A stretch of 27,700 bases of DNA from Selaginella moellendorffii. Taxonomy: Eukaryota > Plantae > Lycopodiophyta. The stretch is from the NCBI RefSeq assembly GCF_000143415.4, contig NW_003314351.1, forward strand, positions 1-27,700. The letters run 5' to 3'. Within the stretch, counting starts at the first letter, position 1; every line of letters begins with the position of its first letter. The position numbers and the translations under genes were made by a program. Under the pieces are notes generated by a model. The model saw only the letters and a program-made list of their open reading frames with translations, had not been told where the DNA came from and searched no databases. Below are positions 10,300 through 21,729 of this stretch, one piece after another.

Positions 10300-10590
10300 G
10301 AGAAGAATATTAATTATATATAAAGCTAAGAATCAATCAAAAGCTAGAGAAGAAAATAATAAAAACCTTGATCAATGACTTCATTGAATAGGATGTAAAA
10401 ATGAAGGGTTTTTTTTATTTATACCTACCCTATATATACAAGACATACTTAAGCTAAACCAATGGATTAAACATGTTGGAAAAACACCTATACAAGAAAT
10501 GTAAGGGCTAAACATAGCCCAAGAATACCACTCGGATCTATAGCAAATGCCTAGATTAACAACGAGACTATTTATCTCAACACTCCCTTG
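10300..10590 (-). mobile_element. Possible LTR remnant with polypurine tract
   Basis: The minus strand reads CAAGGGAG|TGTTGAGATAAATAG at 10590-10568, resembling a PPT followed by a TGTT LTR start. The left boundary and partner LTR were not identified. Confidence 0.3.
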
Positions 10591-10880
10591 GAAATCCCAT
10601 AAGAAGCATAATTTCCCATAGATGATTCACCCTACTGCCCTTTAAAAAATCCATCTGATCACTAAAACTTTGGCAATGACATCAAATCTTGGTTTGGGCA
10701 TCTAAGGGACAATTGTTAAAAGTCCTTCCTCCAACTAATGGCAATCCCATGCTGCACTCCTATTGGCCAAAAGTAAACATTGGAGATTTTCCCCACAACC
10801 ATGTTATTAGAAGCTCCTTTGGGCTTGCTCTTTATTTATTATAGAAAATGAAAGTCTTTTTCACTTCATTCAGATGTTTT

Positions 10881-12300
10881 TGATCCAAGTTGATTTCCTA
10901 GCTCTATCAGAGGTGATATGTTGAATAAGGATGGAAGTGGAGTATAGAATGTCTATAACATACAAATAATAAGGGGACAAAGAATTGCTCTTCAACTTTG
11001 AATTACCTTTCCCTCTCTTCCTTTAACAATGGCAACACTAACAACTTCTGCCACCACAAACCTTTGTGATGTGATGAGTTGTTTGCCATCCTTGAATTTG
11101 CACATCCCCAAACTCTACACCAATAGTAGATAAGATGGTTTGGTACCTTTTATAGGTCCTCATAACTTAAAATAAATGTTATTAGAACAACACCCACCTT
11201 TTATTTTTGGTGCCCTCTTGAACTTTGGGAACTCCACTTTGGGAAGAGTGAAGTAAGCATAATTAAGAACTTAAACTAATTTTGGCACTTCTTCCTTCTT
11301 TTGAACACCTTCATTAGCTTTTTCCTTCTTTCAAATGTCCTCAAAATCTTCAACTTGTCAAGATAATCTAGAAGTCGCTAGGAGCCAAAAGAAAATCTCA
11401 ATGGAGGCTTTAAGTCAAGCTTCTTCTTTTCCTCACTTTCCTCGTCTTGGAACTTTTCCTCTCCCTCATTTCGATCATCTTTGATTTTAATAGTCATTGA
11501 TGATGGCACCCATAAAGGGTGTGAAGCCCTTTGGACTTCGTCTTCTCCTCTTTGTTCCTCGTCTTCTCTGCCATCTTTATCTTCTTTGACATTTTCTTCC
11601 TTTTTATTCTTGATCCAAGTTGGTTTCCTAGCTCTATCAGGGGTGATGTGCTAAATAAAAATGGAAGTGGACTCTAGAATATCTATAGCATACAAATAAC
11701 AAAGGGACAAAGAATTGCTCTTCAATTTTGAACTACCCCTCCCTCCCTTCCTTTAATAATGGCAACACTAACAACTTTGTGAGTACCTCACTACCACCAC
11801 AAACCTTTGTGATGAGTTGTTTGCCATCTTTGAACATACACATCCCCAAATTCCACACCAACTATAGATAGGATGGTTTGGTACATTTCATGGGTCTTTA
11901 TGACTTAAAATACATGTTATTAAAACGCCACCTACCTTTTATTTTTGGTGTCTTCTTGGACTTTAGAAACTTTACTTTGGGAAAAATGAAGTAAATATGG
12001 TTAAGAATTTAAATTAATTTTGGCACTTCTTCCTTCTCTCAAACACCTTTATTGGTTTTTTCCTCCTTTTGAACGTTTGCAATATCTTTAGTTTGTCAAA
12101 ATGATCTAAAAATCATTATAAGCCAAGAGAAGCTTCCCAATAAAAGTTTCAGGTCAAACTTCTTCTCTTCCTCACCTTCCTTGTCTTGGAGTTTTTTCTC
12201 TCCTTCATTTCGATTATCCTCGATCTTAGTAGTTAGTGATGATGGCACCCACAAAGTGTGTGAAGCCTCCTAGACCTTGTCTTCTCCCCCCTATTCTTCG
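10881..12300. repeat. ~730-bp diverged tandem duplication (10881-11610 and 11611-~12300)
   Basis: TGATCCAAGTTG.TTTCCTAGCTCTATCAG begins at both 10881 and 11611, and the downstream sequence is collinear throughout. Confidence 0.9.
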
Positions 12301-13543
12301 TCCCTAAACTCTATAAAAAAAACCTTTGTAAAAGTGTTATCCCACAAACCCCCACTCACTATGTAAACTACTCAACACTTGCTAAATAGAGGCAAATACT
12401 TTAATATGTACTTTAGCTTATGTACAAATTGTGTGTTATGTTTGGTATTTCTAAGTTTGATAGATTAATTCAAATGCAGGTAAGATTCCAAGGGAATGAA
12501 GGCCTTTTTGGTGCAAAAATACATAGAAATCCTCCAAGAAACCTTGATTTTTGTGTATACTATATTCTTTTTGTCAAAACAACAATAATGACTAAAGCTC
12601 TCATGACATCCACCACATATCACATAGGCATTAATTTTGAGAAGATCATAACTGATATATCTACCTCAACTCTATAGTATATTAGCTCATTTGTAACACA
12701 TTTTATCTCTCTCCCCTTAAGCTAATTGGAAAAAAAGTAATTACTTGATGAAATAGCCTTTAATGGCTATTTTATCCCCATTTATCCCCTAAGATTCCAA
12801 AGATTCACAGTGATAGTATATCTAAATCTCATCTTATGATCACATGCATTACATCATTTTTCCAAACTTATCAAACATATATCTAAAAATGTTTTCTAAG
12901 CTTGTGGTGATGGTAGTGGCAACCCTAAAGTTGAGCATGCTCCATCACTTTATGATAGGAATGAAATTCCTTGGTGTTGAGTAGTAGGCTATTATCCAAG
13001 TCTTTTATTATGAGTAGAGCTAAACATTAAGATTGGCGTATGCAAAGCCACACCTTCCCATGACTTGCTCCTAGCCTAGAGGCTAAAGACCACTATCATA
13101 ACTTATAGTTTGGTTGATGGCTTCTCTTGAAGCTAATACATATGTGTATATTGGATGGTCTTCTTGTATATCATAAATATTAGTTTTATTCCATATATAG
13201 TTTTTTATTCTATTTGTAAGAAAAAACCATATAATTTGAAAAAATAAAACTATCTGAATATAGTTTTTCAACCAGGCATATAGTTTGCATATGTGTGTTC
13301 CAACATAATTTTCTCAAAGCATAGTTATGAAATTTAGTTATCTATTTATGATTTTGTAAAGTTTATTATGTAACTAGAATAGTTAAAATATGATTATCTC
13401 AAGAATTATTCTGAAAATGGAATATAATATAGTTTTCAATATAGATAAATTTTTATGTATTATATAATATATATACATACATATATTTAATATATAAAAT
13501 TGGAATATAGTAAGAGAACATATAATTCTTTTAAATATTATTC

Positions 13544-13718
13544 TGTGAGGTCCAAGTGTACAGTTACAATGCTATATACTAATATAAGCATAATGGGATT
13601 TTGATAGCCGTTAAATTAGTTTCAATTTGGACCACTCACTTTTATATATAAACTAAGGTTTTGGGCTAATTTATATGCACATTTTCTATATTCCCTTTCC
13701 TTATTCAATGCACTCACA
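13544..13718 (+). repeat. 5' LTR of the Gypsy element (175 bp)
   Basis: Aligns with 20056-20216 (AATGGGATTTTGATAGCCGT, TTTCAAT..GGACCA, TTTTGGG.TAATT.ATATGCACA). Followed by a PBS-like T-TGGTGGA. Confidence 0.9.
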
Positions 13719-16700
13719 TTGGTGGAATTGAGTGGCACTTTTGATTGTCTTTGAGGAGCATTTGGATTTGGGATTTTTGTTTAAATTTAGCTTTTTTATT
13801 GTCTAGATTTAACTTTTTCCATTTCCTTTCTTATTGTTTTTTTCCTTTTGGGATTTTGGTTTAGATCTAGCTTTTGCATTGTCTAAATCTCTTTTTTCTT
13901 TTAGCTTTTTTTCATTTATCTTCTTTTGCTCTTTCCTTTTCATTCATCTTTATGCCAGAGTAGTAGTCTCCTCCTATGACTCTGGAGCAGCAGTTGGTGC
14001 AATTGCTTGATGCTATGTGATTGCAATTGAACAACTAAACTCAATTGATTGTGGCATTCACAATACGTGGTATAGCTCCTTCTACTTTTGGTGCCAATCC
14101 TCACATTTTGCCGGAGTTCTTTTATAGAAATCCTAGGGATGATATGTATCATTGGTTCAATCACTTCATAGTGATTGCCACATGTCATTCTTAAGATGAT
14201 ACTCAATGTTTACATGAGTTTCCCATGTATCTCCAAAGGACAGTGTTGCAATGATATAATGGTTTGAGTGCAACCACCATGGGGATTGGAGTATTCTCCT
14301 GTACGTCTTCAAATGTGCATTCAGATATGTTAATGATTGTGATGATGCCTTCCAACAATTGCATCATCTTCGTCAAAGGCCATCAAAGTCGATGATGCAA
14401 TTTGGCATTTATTTCTGAAACCTCTTGCTTTATGTGGAGCCAAATATATCAAAGTGGATCAAGCTAGGCATGTTGTGGCTAACCCTTCATTAGATCTTGT
14501 AAAACTTGTGCATGCATTTGCTCCAGCCACCCTTAATAATGCCCCTTGCTTGACACAATATTATGAGATGTCACTTCTTCCACTTCTCGCTGCACGTTCT
14601 TTAGGTTCACTTTTTGTGGGAGATGGTCTTGTTCCAATGGAGGTTGATGTTGTTGTTGCTCCAGTTTAAGGACAAGGGCAAGGACGTGATCGTAGCCGTG
14701 ATATTTGTTGTTGGGCATGTGATGAAGTTAATCACAGTTATTGGCGCTATTGACATTTTTCGAATTGGTAGCCTTCATTTCCTGGGTGGAGACCTTGGCA
14801 TCAACAACGTCTTGTAGAAGTCACACGAGTAACAAAAGGACCTTGCGCAAATAAGTTAGTGACCCTTTCATTTTTCTTTCACGAGTATCATCAAGGGGTT
14901 CACTTGGCACCAGTTCATTCAGTGTTTACTTTCTAAACTTGTTTTCATAACAAGAGGTTTCCTATTATTCTCTCCGTGTTGGTTGATACAGGTTTAAATT
15001 TATCTTTTATTGCTCGACCTGTTGCTATACGTTGCCATCTACATTTAGATTATGTGGTAGAGTTAGTTTTCATTTTTTATGGCAACAGTCGTAGACATGC
15101 ATGTGTATGGGATGAGGTAGACCTAGTTGCGCGTGTGGGCGATCTTCAACTTAGGTTGTAGTCATTGCAAGTGGTACCAAGTCAAACTTTTGATTTTATC
15201 CTTGGTATAAATTGGGTGCAACACAATTATGCCAAGTGTGACTTTGAGGTTTTTCCCCCTTGTCTCATACTTTTTTATATTTCATCCATTCCTCTTACTT
15301 CCATACCTCTTTGTCCTTTTACTTATATATTTGCTTCTATTACTTTTGTCTCCCCATTATTTCCTCCTATGTTTCCATCTTATTCCCTTCTTCCCTTTTC
15401 TGATTCCTCTAACAATCTTTGTGTTATAGCAGTTTACTGACTCATGAAGAAGTATGCTAATCTTTTTGAATTTGACCTATTGTTTGGGGCCAAGATTGCC
15501 ATATGTCATTTAATTCCCATAGGGGATGCTTGTTCAAGCAAGGTTCATTGTCGGTCACCCAAAAAGCTCAAAATTTTACATACAAACGTCAAGGAGATGT
15601 TAGAAAAGGGTGTTATTCAAAAGTCCTAGAGTTTTTGGGCATGTGAACCTCATTTTATGACAAAGCTTGATGGGAGTATTCGTTTCTGCATTGACTATTG
15701 TTTATTAAACAAAGTGACAATCCCTAATGTGTACCATCTTTCTCACATTGATAATCTTTTGGATCGTCTGGGGAGAAGTTATTGGTTCATCAAGTTAAAT
15801 CTTGTTTCTGGGTATTAGCAAGTACCGATGGTCTAAGAAAATATTCCTAAGACTACTTTTTGTATACCGTTTTGTTTGTATAAGTTCTTGGTAATGCCAT
15901 TTGGTTTGAACAATGCTCCAACAATTTTTTAGCGGATGATGAACAAAGTTCTTTATGATATGCTAAAGGTGATTGCTAACTTCATTAATGATGTCTTGAT
16001 CCATTTGGAAGGGATGTGGGAGGAACACGTTTGTGATATTCGTAAAATGTTGGATCAGTTATAGAATGTTATTTAAAGCTAAAGCGATTGAAGTGTATAT
16101 TTGGGTCCAAGGACACGAGTTATTTTGGGTATTGTATTTCTTGTGAAGGTTTGCAAGTTGATCTTGACAAACTTGTTGTTGTTCTAAAATTCCCTACTCC
16201 GAAGTGTATGAATGATATGCAACGCTTTTTGAGCAAGGTGCAATATCTCAGTCGTTTTGTAGATCATCTTTCTAATTGCACTACACCATTGCAAGCATTG
16301 CTGAAGTTATCAATGTCATCTTTCATTTAGTCTACAGATTGTGAATGGGTGTTCATGGATCTCAAAGAGTTAGTGATAACTCCTTCGGTTTTGATGTATC
16401 CTAACTACACTCAACCTTTCATTTTGCACATGAATACTTTTAATATTGGTCTTGGAGGTGTGTTGATGCAAAAGAGCCTGAGTGTGCCTAGTTAGCACCA
16501 TCCCATTGTATACATCAGCCGTACATTATAACTAGCAGAGGTGAACTACTCCATGACTGAGAAGGAATATTTAGTAGTAGTCTAGGGTTTTGAGAAATTT
16601 CATGCATATTTACATGGTTCTTAGATGTTATTAAAAGGTGATATGCTACTGTTACTTCATTCTTGAAGCGAAAGAACCTAGTTAATTGAACTGCTCGGTT

Positions 16701-16810
16701 GGCTTTAAAGCTTTAAAGCTTGGGGAGTTTTATGGCTGATGCTAATGCCCTTTCTTGAGTTCCTCTTCCTTCTTTGATCTCTTCTCATGTTTTAGATAAG
16801 TCTATTGTTC

Positions 16811-17415
16811 TGTGAGACACAAAATCCCTAGGTCCCAAAGTGGAGCCGGAAAGGGTGCCACTTGGTAGTGGCTGAAGCGAGAGCCAAACGAGCATAACAC
16901 GTTTGGACCAAAAGCTCCGACTTGAAAAGTCAAGAGCGGGAGTGGAACTCCCAACGAAGTGCTCGAGGAACGAACACGAAACGAGCAAAAAGCAAGGCTC
17001 CAAAAAGGGACCCAAAAGGACCAACACATGACACGTGGAAGTGTCCGAGATGGACTCGAGTTGGAGTCCGAAGTGGAGTCCGAGATGGACCCGAGTTGGA
17101 GTCCGAAGTGGAGTCCGAGATGGACTCGAGTTGGAGTCCGAAGTGGAGTCCGAGATGGACCCGAGTTGGAGTCCGAAGTGGAGTCCGAGGTGGACCCGAG
17201 ATGGAGTCCGAGATGGAGTCCGAGATGGAGTCCGAGATGGAGTCCGAGGTGGACCCGAGATGGACCCGAAATGGAGTCCGAGATGGAGTCCGAGGTGGAC
17301 CCGAGATGGACCCGAAATGGAGTCCGAGATGGACCCGAGATGGAGTCCGAGATGGACCTGAGATGGAGTCCGAGATGGAGTCCGAGATGGAGTCCGAAGT
17401 CGAGACCGAGACCGG

Positions 17416-17449
<34 letters not shown>

Positions 17450-18826
17450 AAGATCGGGACCGAGAACGAGACCGAGGCCGAGGCCGAGACCGAGCCCGAG
17501 CCTGAGTCCGAGTCCAAGTCCGAGTCCAAGTCCGAGTCCGAGTCCGAGTTTGAGTCCGAGTTCGAGTCTGAGAGGGTGAAAGCCCAAAGCGTTCGTCTCC
17601 CAGACCCTGGGGGGTTTGGTGAGCTCCAAAAGTATAGTAGGGGGGAGGACTGCAGTGGAGCCAGTTTGGCCAGGAAAGGCCAGTTTGGCCCAGGAAGGCC
17701 AGACCCAGTGTTGGGTGATGAGCTGCCCACTGGGAAGTCCAAGACTAGAGTGAACACAGACCGACAAGCGAGGTAGCTTGGTGAAGTGTTCAAGAGCCGG
17801 CTCTAGTTCCCCCGGGAGATCGACTGGCCGATGCTCCCAGTCCAAGTGTGGGTGGCACTACCTACTTGGATACCTGGTGTGGCTCAACGGAACCCGCTCT
17901 AAGCCCATGGCTAGAGCACCCAAGGGCAGAAGGCGAGGAGAGTACCCAGATGGCTCGCGTAAGGCCACGGTGTTCCGAAATGTTGTCCCAAAGGCCCAGA
18001 CTGTGGAAAGGAAGAGGAGCAGTCCTCTGGGGTAGTGACCAAGGACACAGTCGTGTGGTGAGGAAGTCCCAGAGGACCGTGGGACTTAGTGGTCGGGCCT
18101 GTGGGTCTCGATTCAGTGGCAGTGTTGGCAAACACGGCCAGGGGCAGAAAGGGACTTAGTGGGGACTGACAGAGGGATATTGGGGAAGGCTATTCCCCTT
18201 GTCGGTGGGCATCCTAAGGATGCTAAAGAGTGGATCTGAGATGACCACTCACAGATGGTTTGCCTAGTCTTGGAAAGCCAAGACGGTAATGCAAGTGGTA
18301 TTGGACTACCAGTGTGGCAAAGGTGATTGGGCATAGCCTTAGCGTAACGGGCTGCTATGTCGGTGGTACCTTTGAGTGTCGGTGATGGGATCGGACACGT
18401 GGAGCGCTTGGACCAAGTGCAAATGTTGAGTGGCATGGATGCCATTCTCGGGGCTAGCAAGTCCCAAGTCCTGGCTTGGACTTATGGAGGTTGTGAATGA
18501 GACTCCTCCAAGTGGTCAGAGGTGTGGTTAAGTGACTAAAGTAGAATGGAAAATTTAGTCGCTTACATGTTCCAACATCTGTGGATTTTCTAGACGAGGA
18601 TTTTGTGCTATCGGTGGTTGTTGTACTTGACGTTTAGTGTCCACAAGGTGTAAAGCAAGATCTACCTTCTCTTGATGAGATTTGCGAGGTTCAAAAGATT
18701 GAGCCATGAATTCAAAGGCTTCAAGAAGGGTTTGAGAGTTTTGCATCACTTGCTAATGATTTGCCATTCTAGCATTTACATTCTTAATATCGTCTTGAAA
18801 ATAGTCTTCTTTATTTTGTGGGGACA
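16811..18826. mobile_element. Nested ~2.0-kb insertion, probably a solo LTR of another family
   Basis: Interrupts the host pol between RNase H (ADANALS) and the integrase zinc-finger region (YLRLMVP). Termini TGTGAGACACAAAAT...ATTTTGTGGGGACA are TG..CA imperfect inverted repeats. There is an abrupt rise in GC and CpG content. No TSD match (TGTTC vs AATAT). Confidence 0.7.
17035..17570. repeat. Hierarchical minisatellite (35-bp, then 11/12-bp, then 6-bp units)
   Basis: GATGGAC(T/C)CGA-GTTGGAGTCCGA-AGTGGAGTCCGA at 17049, 17084, 17119 and 17154; then GATGGAGTCCGA/GATGGACCCGA units; then GACCGA and GTCCGA runs. Confidence 0.95.
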
Positions 18827-20055
18827 AATATTGATGATTATTTACGGCTGATGGTGCCTTCAATCTTTATTCCATGGTTCTCTATGCCTACCATGATTCT
18901 CCTATTCTAAGCAGGCATATAGAACATTGTCGTATGACTAAAAAGCTGCGCAAGTTTTTCTATTGGCCAAAGATGCGATGTGATGTTATCTAGTATGTGC
19001 ATAGTTGTGTTTAGTGCTAAGCTCGTAATACTCCCCTTCATGCTATAGAAAGATAGTTGAAGTCAATTGTAGTTTCCCGCTTGTTCAAGTTGGTGGCATT
19101 TGATCTTATGGGATCTTTTCCATGATTGACTGTTGGCAATGAATATATTATTATTGCTTTTAATTACTTAACTCATTGGGTGGAAGTTGGTGCTCTTGTT
19201 AGCACCTTTGCAATTGCTGTTAAATATTTCCTCCTCAATCAAGTGGTGTTCGAACATTTTTGTCCGGAGCGGATTCTTTCGAATAATGGTCCTGCATTTA
19301 TGGCTGAGGCATTTCATATTTTGACGTCATGGTTGGGGATATGCCACACTTTCATGAATGCTTATCATTCACAGTCAAACAGTTTGATGGAACGACTCAT
19401 TTGGACATTCAAAGGGATAATCGTGAAGTATGTGAACTTTAAGCATTTAGATTGAGATGGTTATTTATTGTCTCTTTGGTATGCATATGTCACAAAGGTG
19501 TAAAGTTTTGTTGGTGTTTCACCATATAAACTTCTATATAGTCATGATCCAATATTACCAATAGAGTTAGGTTTGCCTTCACAATTGCCACAAGCTACCA
19601 ATGTTAGGTTATGGGATCAGTATTTGATGAGCATTTTTCCACTTGTCAGAACAAAATTTACTAAATACTTAGGCCATGTACAAGTGAGATAACAACAACA
19701 CTACAACTCCCATCATCGTTCACTTACAGAGTATAAAGTGGATGACTTAGTGTTAATCCATTTTCCCTATCTTATGGTATGGTTTATCTAAGGGGTTCCT
19801 TGTTCAATGGAAAAGACCATATCAAGTGTTGCAACAAGTTGAACCATAAGTTTATGAGGTTTGGCATGACATCCAGTAGGACAATCCTCTAGAAATTGTG
19901 TATGTGCAACAATTAAAACACTTTGTACAAAGGGATTAGAAACAATTAATACCATCTAAAGATCTATCAATGCCTCTTCCTAATGTCTCATTTGATCCCA
20001 ACCCATTTATAAGAGAACCCTAATAATCTTCCATTATTCCAAAAGGAGGGGATGA

Positions 20056-20216
20056 TGTGAAGTTCAAATATACGACTACGATACCATATATTAATATTAG
20101 CACAATGGGATTTTGATAGCCGTCGGATTGATTTCAATCCGGACCATTTGCTCCTATATATAAGCTAGGTTTTTGGGTTAATTGATATGCACAGTTTCAT
20201 ATTCAAAGTAGTCACA
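20056..20216 (+). repeat. 3' LTR of the Gypsy element (161 bp)
   Basis: Directly follows the PPT, has TG...CA termini and is followed by ATTC. Confidence 0.9.
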
Positions 20217-20329
20217 ATTCTAAATTTTCAATATATATAATATTTTATTTTCAATGTATAATAACTCTCTTAAATATTATTCTAAAATTAGAATATAATA
20301 TAGTTGTTATGACATGTACCACTTGAATC

Positions 20330-21728
20330 TCATAAAGGAAAAGAGCATAACCTCAATCTCACTCAAACATCATAAGAGTTTAAACACTAGAATCTAGCAT
20401 CTAATCCTCATGAGGAACACTACACCCTCACTTCTCCCTTTCAAGGTGATTTGCCTCATACTAAGTCCTGGATCATATCACTGTGATCCATGGAGCTAGA
20501 AACATAACTAAAGAACTTCCACCCTCTCCTCAATCCATCTATCTCCAAAAATTCTAGTGCCAAAATCTAGCTCCCTTTGAAGAATGTCCTAATGCCTCCT
20601 GGATCAGTCCCCAAGGCTCTCTACCTCTTAGAATCTCCCTACCAAAATCCCTTGATCAAACCTTAATCACTGAACACACAATGCCACCTCTACTCCGCCA
20701 GTGCCTCCAACCTTTTAAGTTGTGCATAGCCTTTAATCCACTTGTGACTTGCTTGTGCCTCTGATTGGAAGTCTTCTCTTGGAAGTCTCCCTCTAAGTCT
20801 CCCCTGTTCCCTCTGAAGGTGCTCTACCTCACACTGAGGCCCTCTGGATCACACTGATCCACACCTATTAGAACAAGAGCACGGTTCTCTGGAAAGATCT
20901 CCATCTGGGCCATATTTGCCCTTCCAGTAGTGCCTTTGCTCTCTGCCACCTCGTGGTGTCCATTGGAAGTCTCCCTCTTATATTCCTTTTGAGTATCTAG
21001 GTCTCCCTCTCATCCTCAAATTGCTCTCTCAAGGTGACCTGCCTTGTATTGAGGCCCTGGATCATGCCACTATGATCCATACAAATTGCATTTCATCTAG
21101 GCCACGTTTGCCCTAAAATGAGCCGGCTCTTCTCCTCCCCCTTCAATACATGTATGGGATGGATAGCAAATTGACCAACAACACTATTACTCTCAGGTGA
21201 ACATAGAATTTTTACTGAAACTGCTCCTCCTCTGGATCCTCCATCCAGTGCCTTTCAAAGCACCATCATGTGTCGCCTCAGCAGCGGCTCTTCCCAGCGC
21301 CTCTAGACAGCACGTCCAGCACTGTCCTCTACTGGCAGCATCTAGAGCACAACTTGTACTTCACACCATACACAGCACACAGCTTGCTCCCTGGCATCGC
21401 CTCCTCTAGCAACACTTCTCTGTCTCAGCACCCAGTGCCTCTGCCCTGATCTGGGCTCTAGTGCAACACCAAGAACTCCCCTTACAACCATGATCTTGTG
21501 GCTCACCTTCTTGTCAGCCAACAAGCGCCATCCACTTCTGATTAAGGTGGCTCATCCTCCTCCTCACCAGTGAGAGCCATCGTCCCAGTATCTGATACCA
21601 TGAAAAGAAACAATGGACGGGCAAAAGGTTATATTTGATAAACCAAGAATCATGACTCAAAAACCCTCCGGTAACCTGGCAAGACATGTGCCACCTGGAT
21701 CTCACTAACCTCAATACTATCAACTTCA
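20330..21728 (-). mobile_element. Remnant of a second LTR retrotransposon: short 5' LTR, tRNA-Met PBS, decayed internal region
   Basis: TCTGATACCA at 21591-21600 is TGGTATCAGA on the minus strand, immediately inside a TGAAG...TTTCA segment (21728-21601). The internal region has three diverged ~55-bp repeats (AAGGTG...GGATCA...TGATCCA at ~20440, ~20815, ~21030). Superfamily and left boundary are unresolved. Confidence 0.6.
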
Positions 21729-21729
21729 T

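Larger units (their letters stand above)
13544..20216 (+). mobile_element. Degenerate Ty3/Gypsy LTR retrotransposon (gag-PR-RT-RH-IN)
   Basis: LTRs at 13544-13718 and 20056-20216 (TGTGA...TCACA), ATTC on both flanks, PPT AAAAGGAGGGGATGA at 20041-20055. Decayed zinc knuckle CWACDEVNH (~14710); protease VLVDTG (14976); RT motifs DGSIRFCIDY, VMPFGLNNAP and FINDVLI (15670-16000); RNase H LGGVLMQ and NYSMTEKE; integrase HDS..H, FYWPKM, FDLMGSFP and PERILSNNG (18890-19460). Many stop codons. Confidence 0.93.

Noticed and set aside
17035-17570. CRISPR-like array
   Set aside because: Contiguous tandem units with no unique spacers, no cas genes, and a eukaryotic context.
16802-17845. Long ORFs (347, 284, 287, 206 aa) resembling collagen, SR, Ser-Asp or extensin proteins
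   Set aside because: They arise from a stop-poor minisatellite that is open in most frames on both strands; no domain is recognisable.
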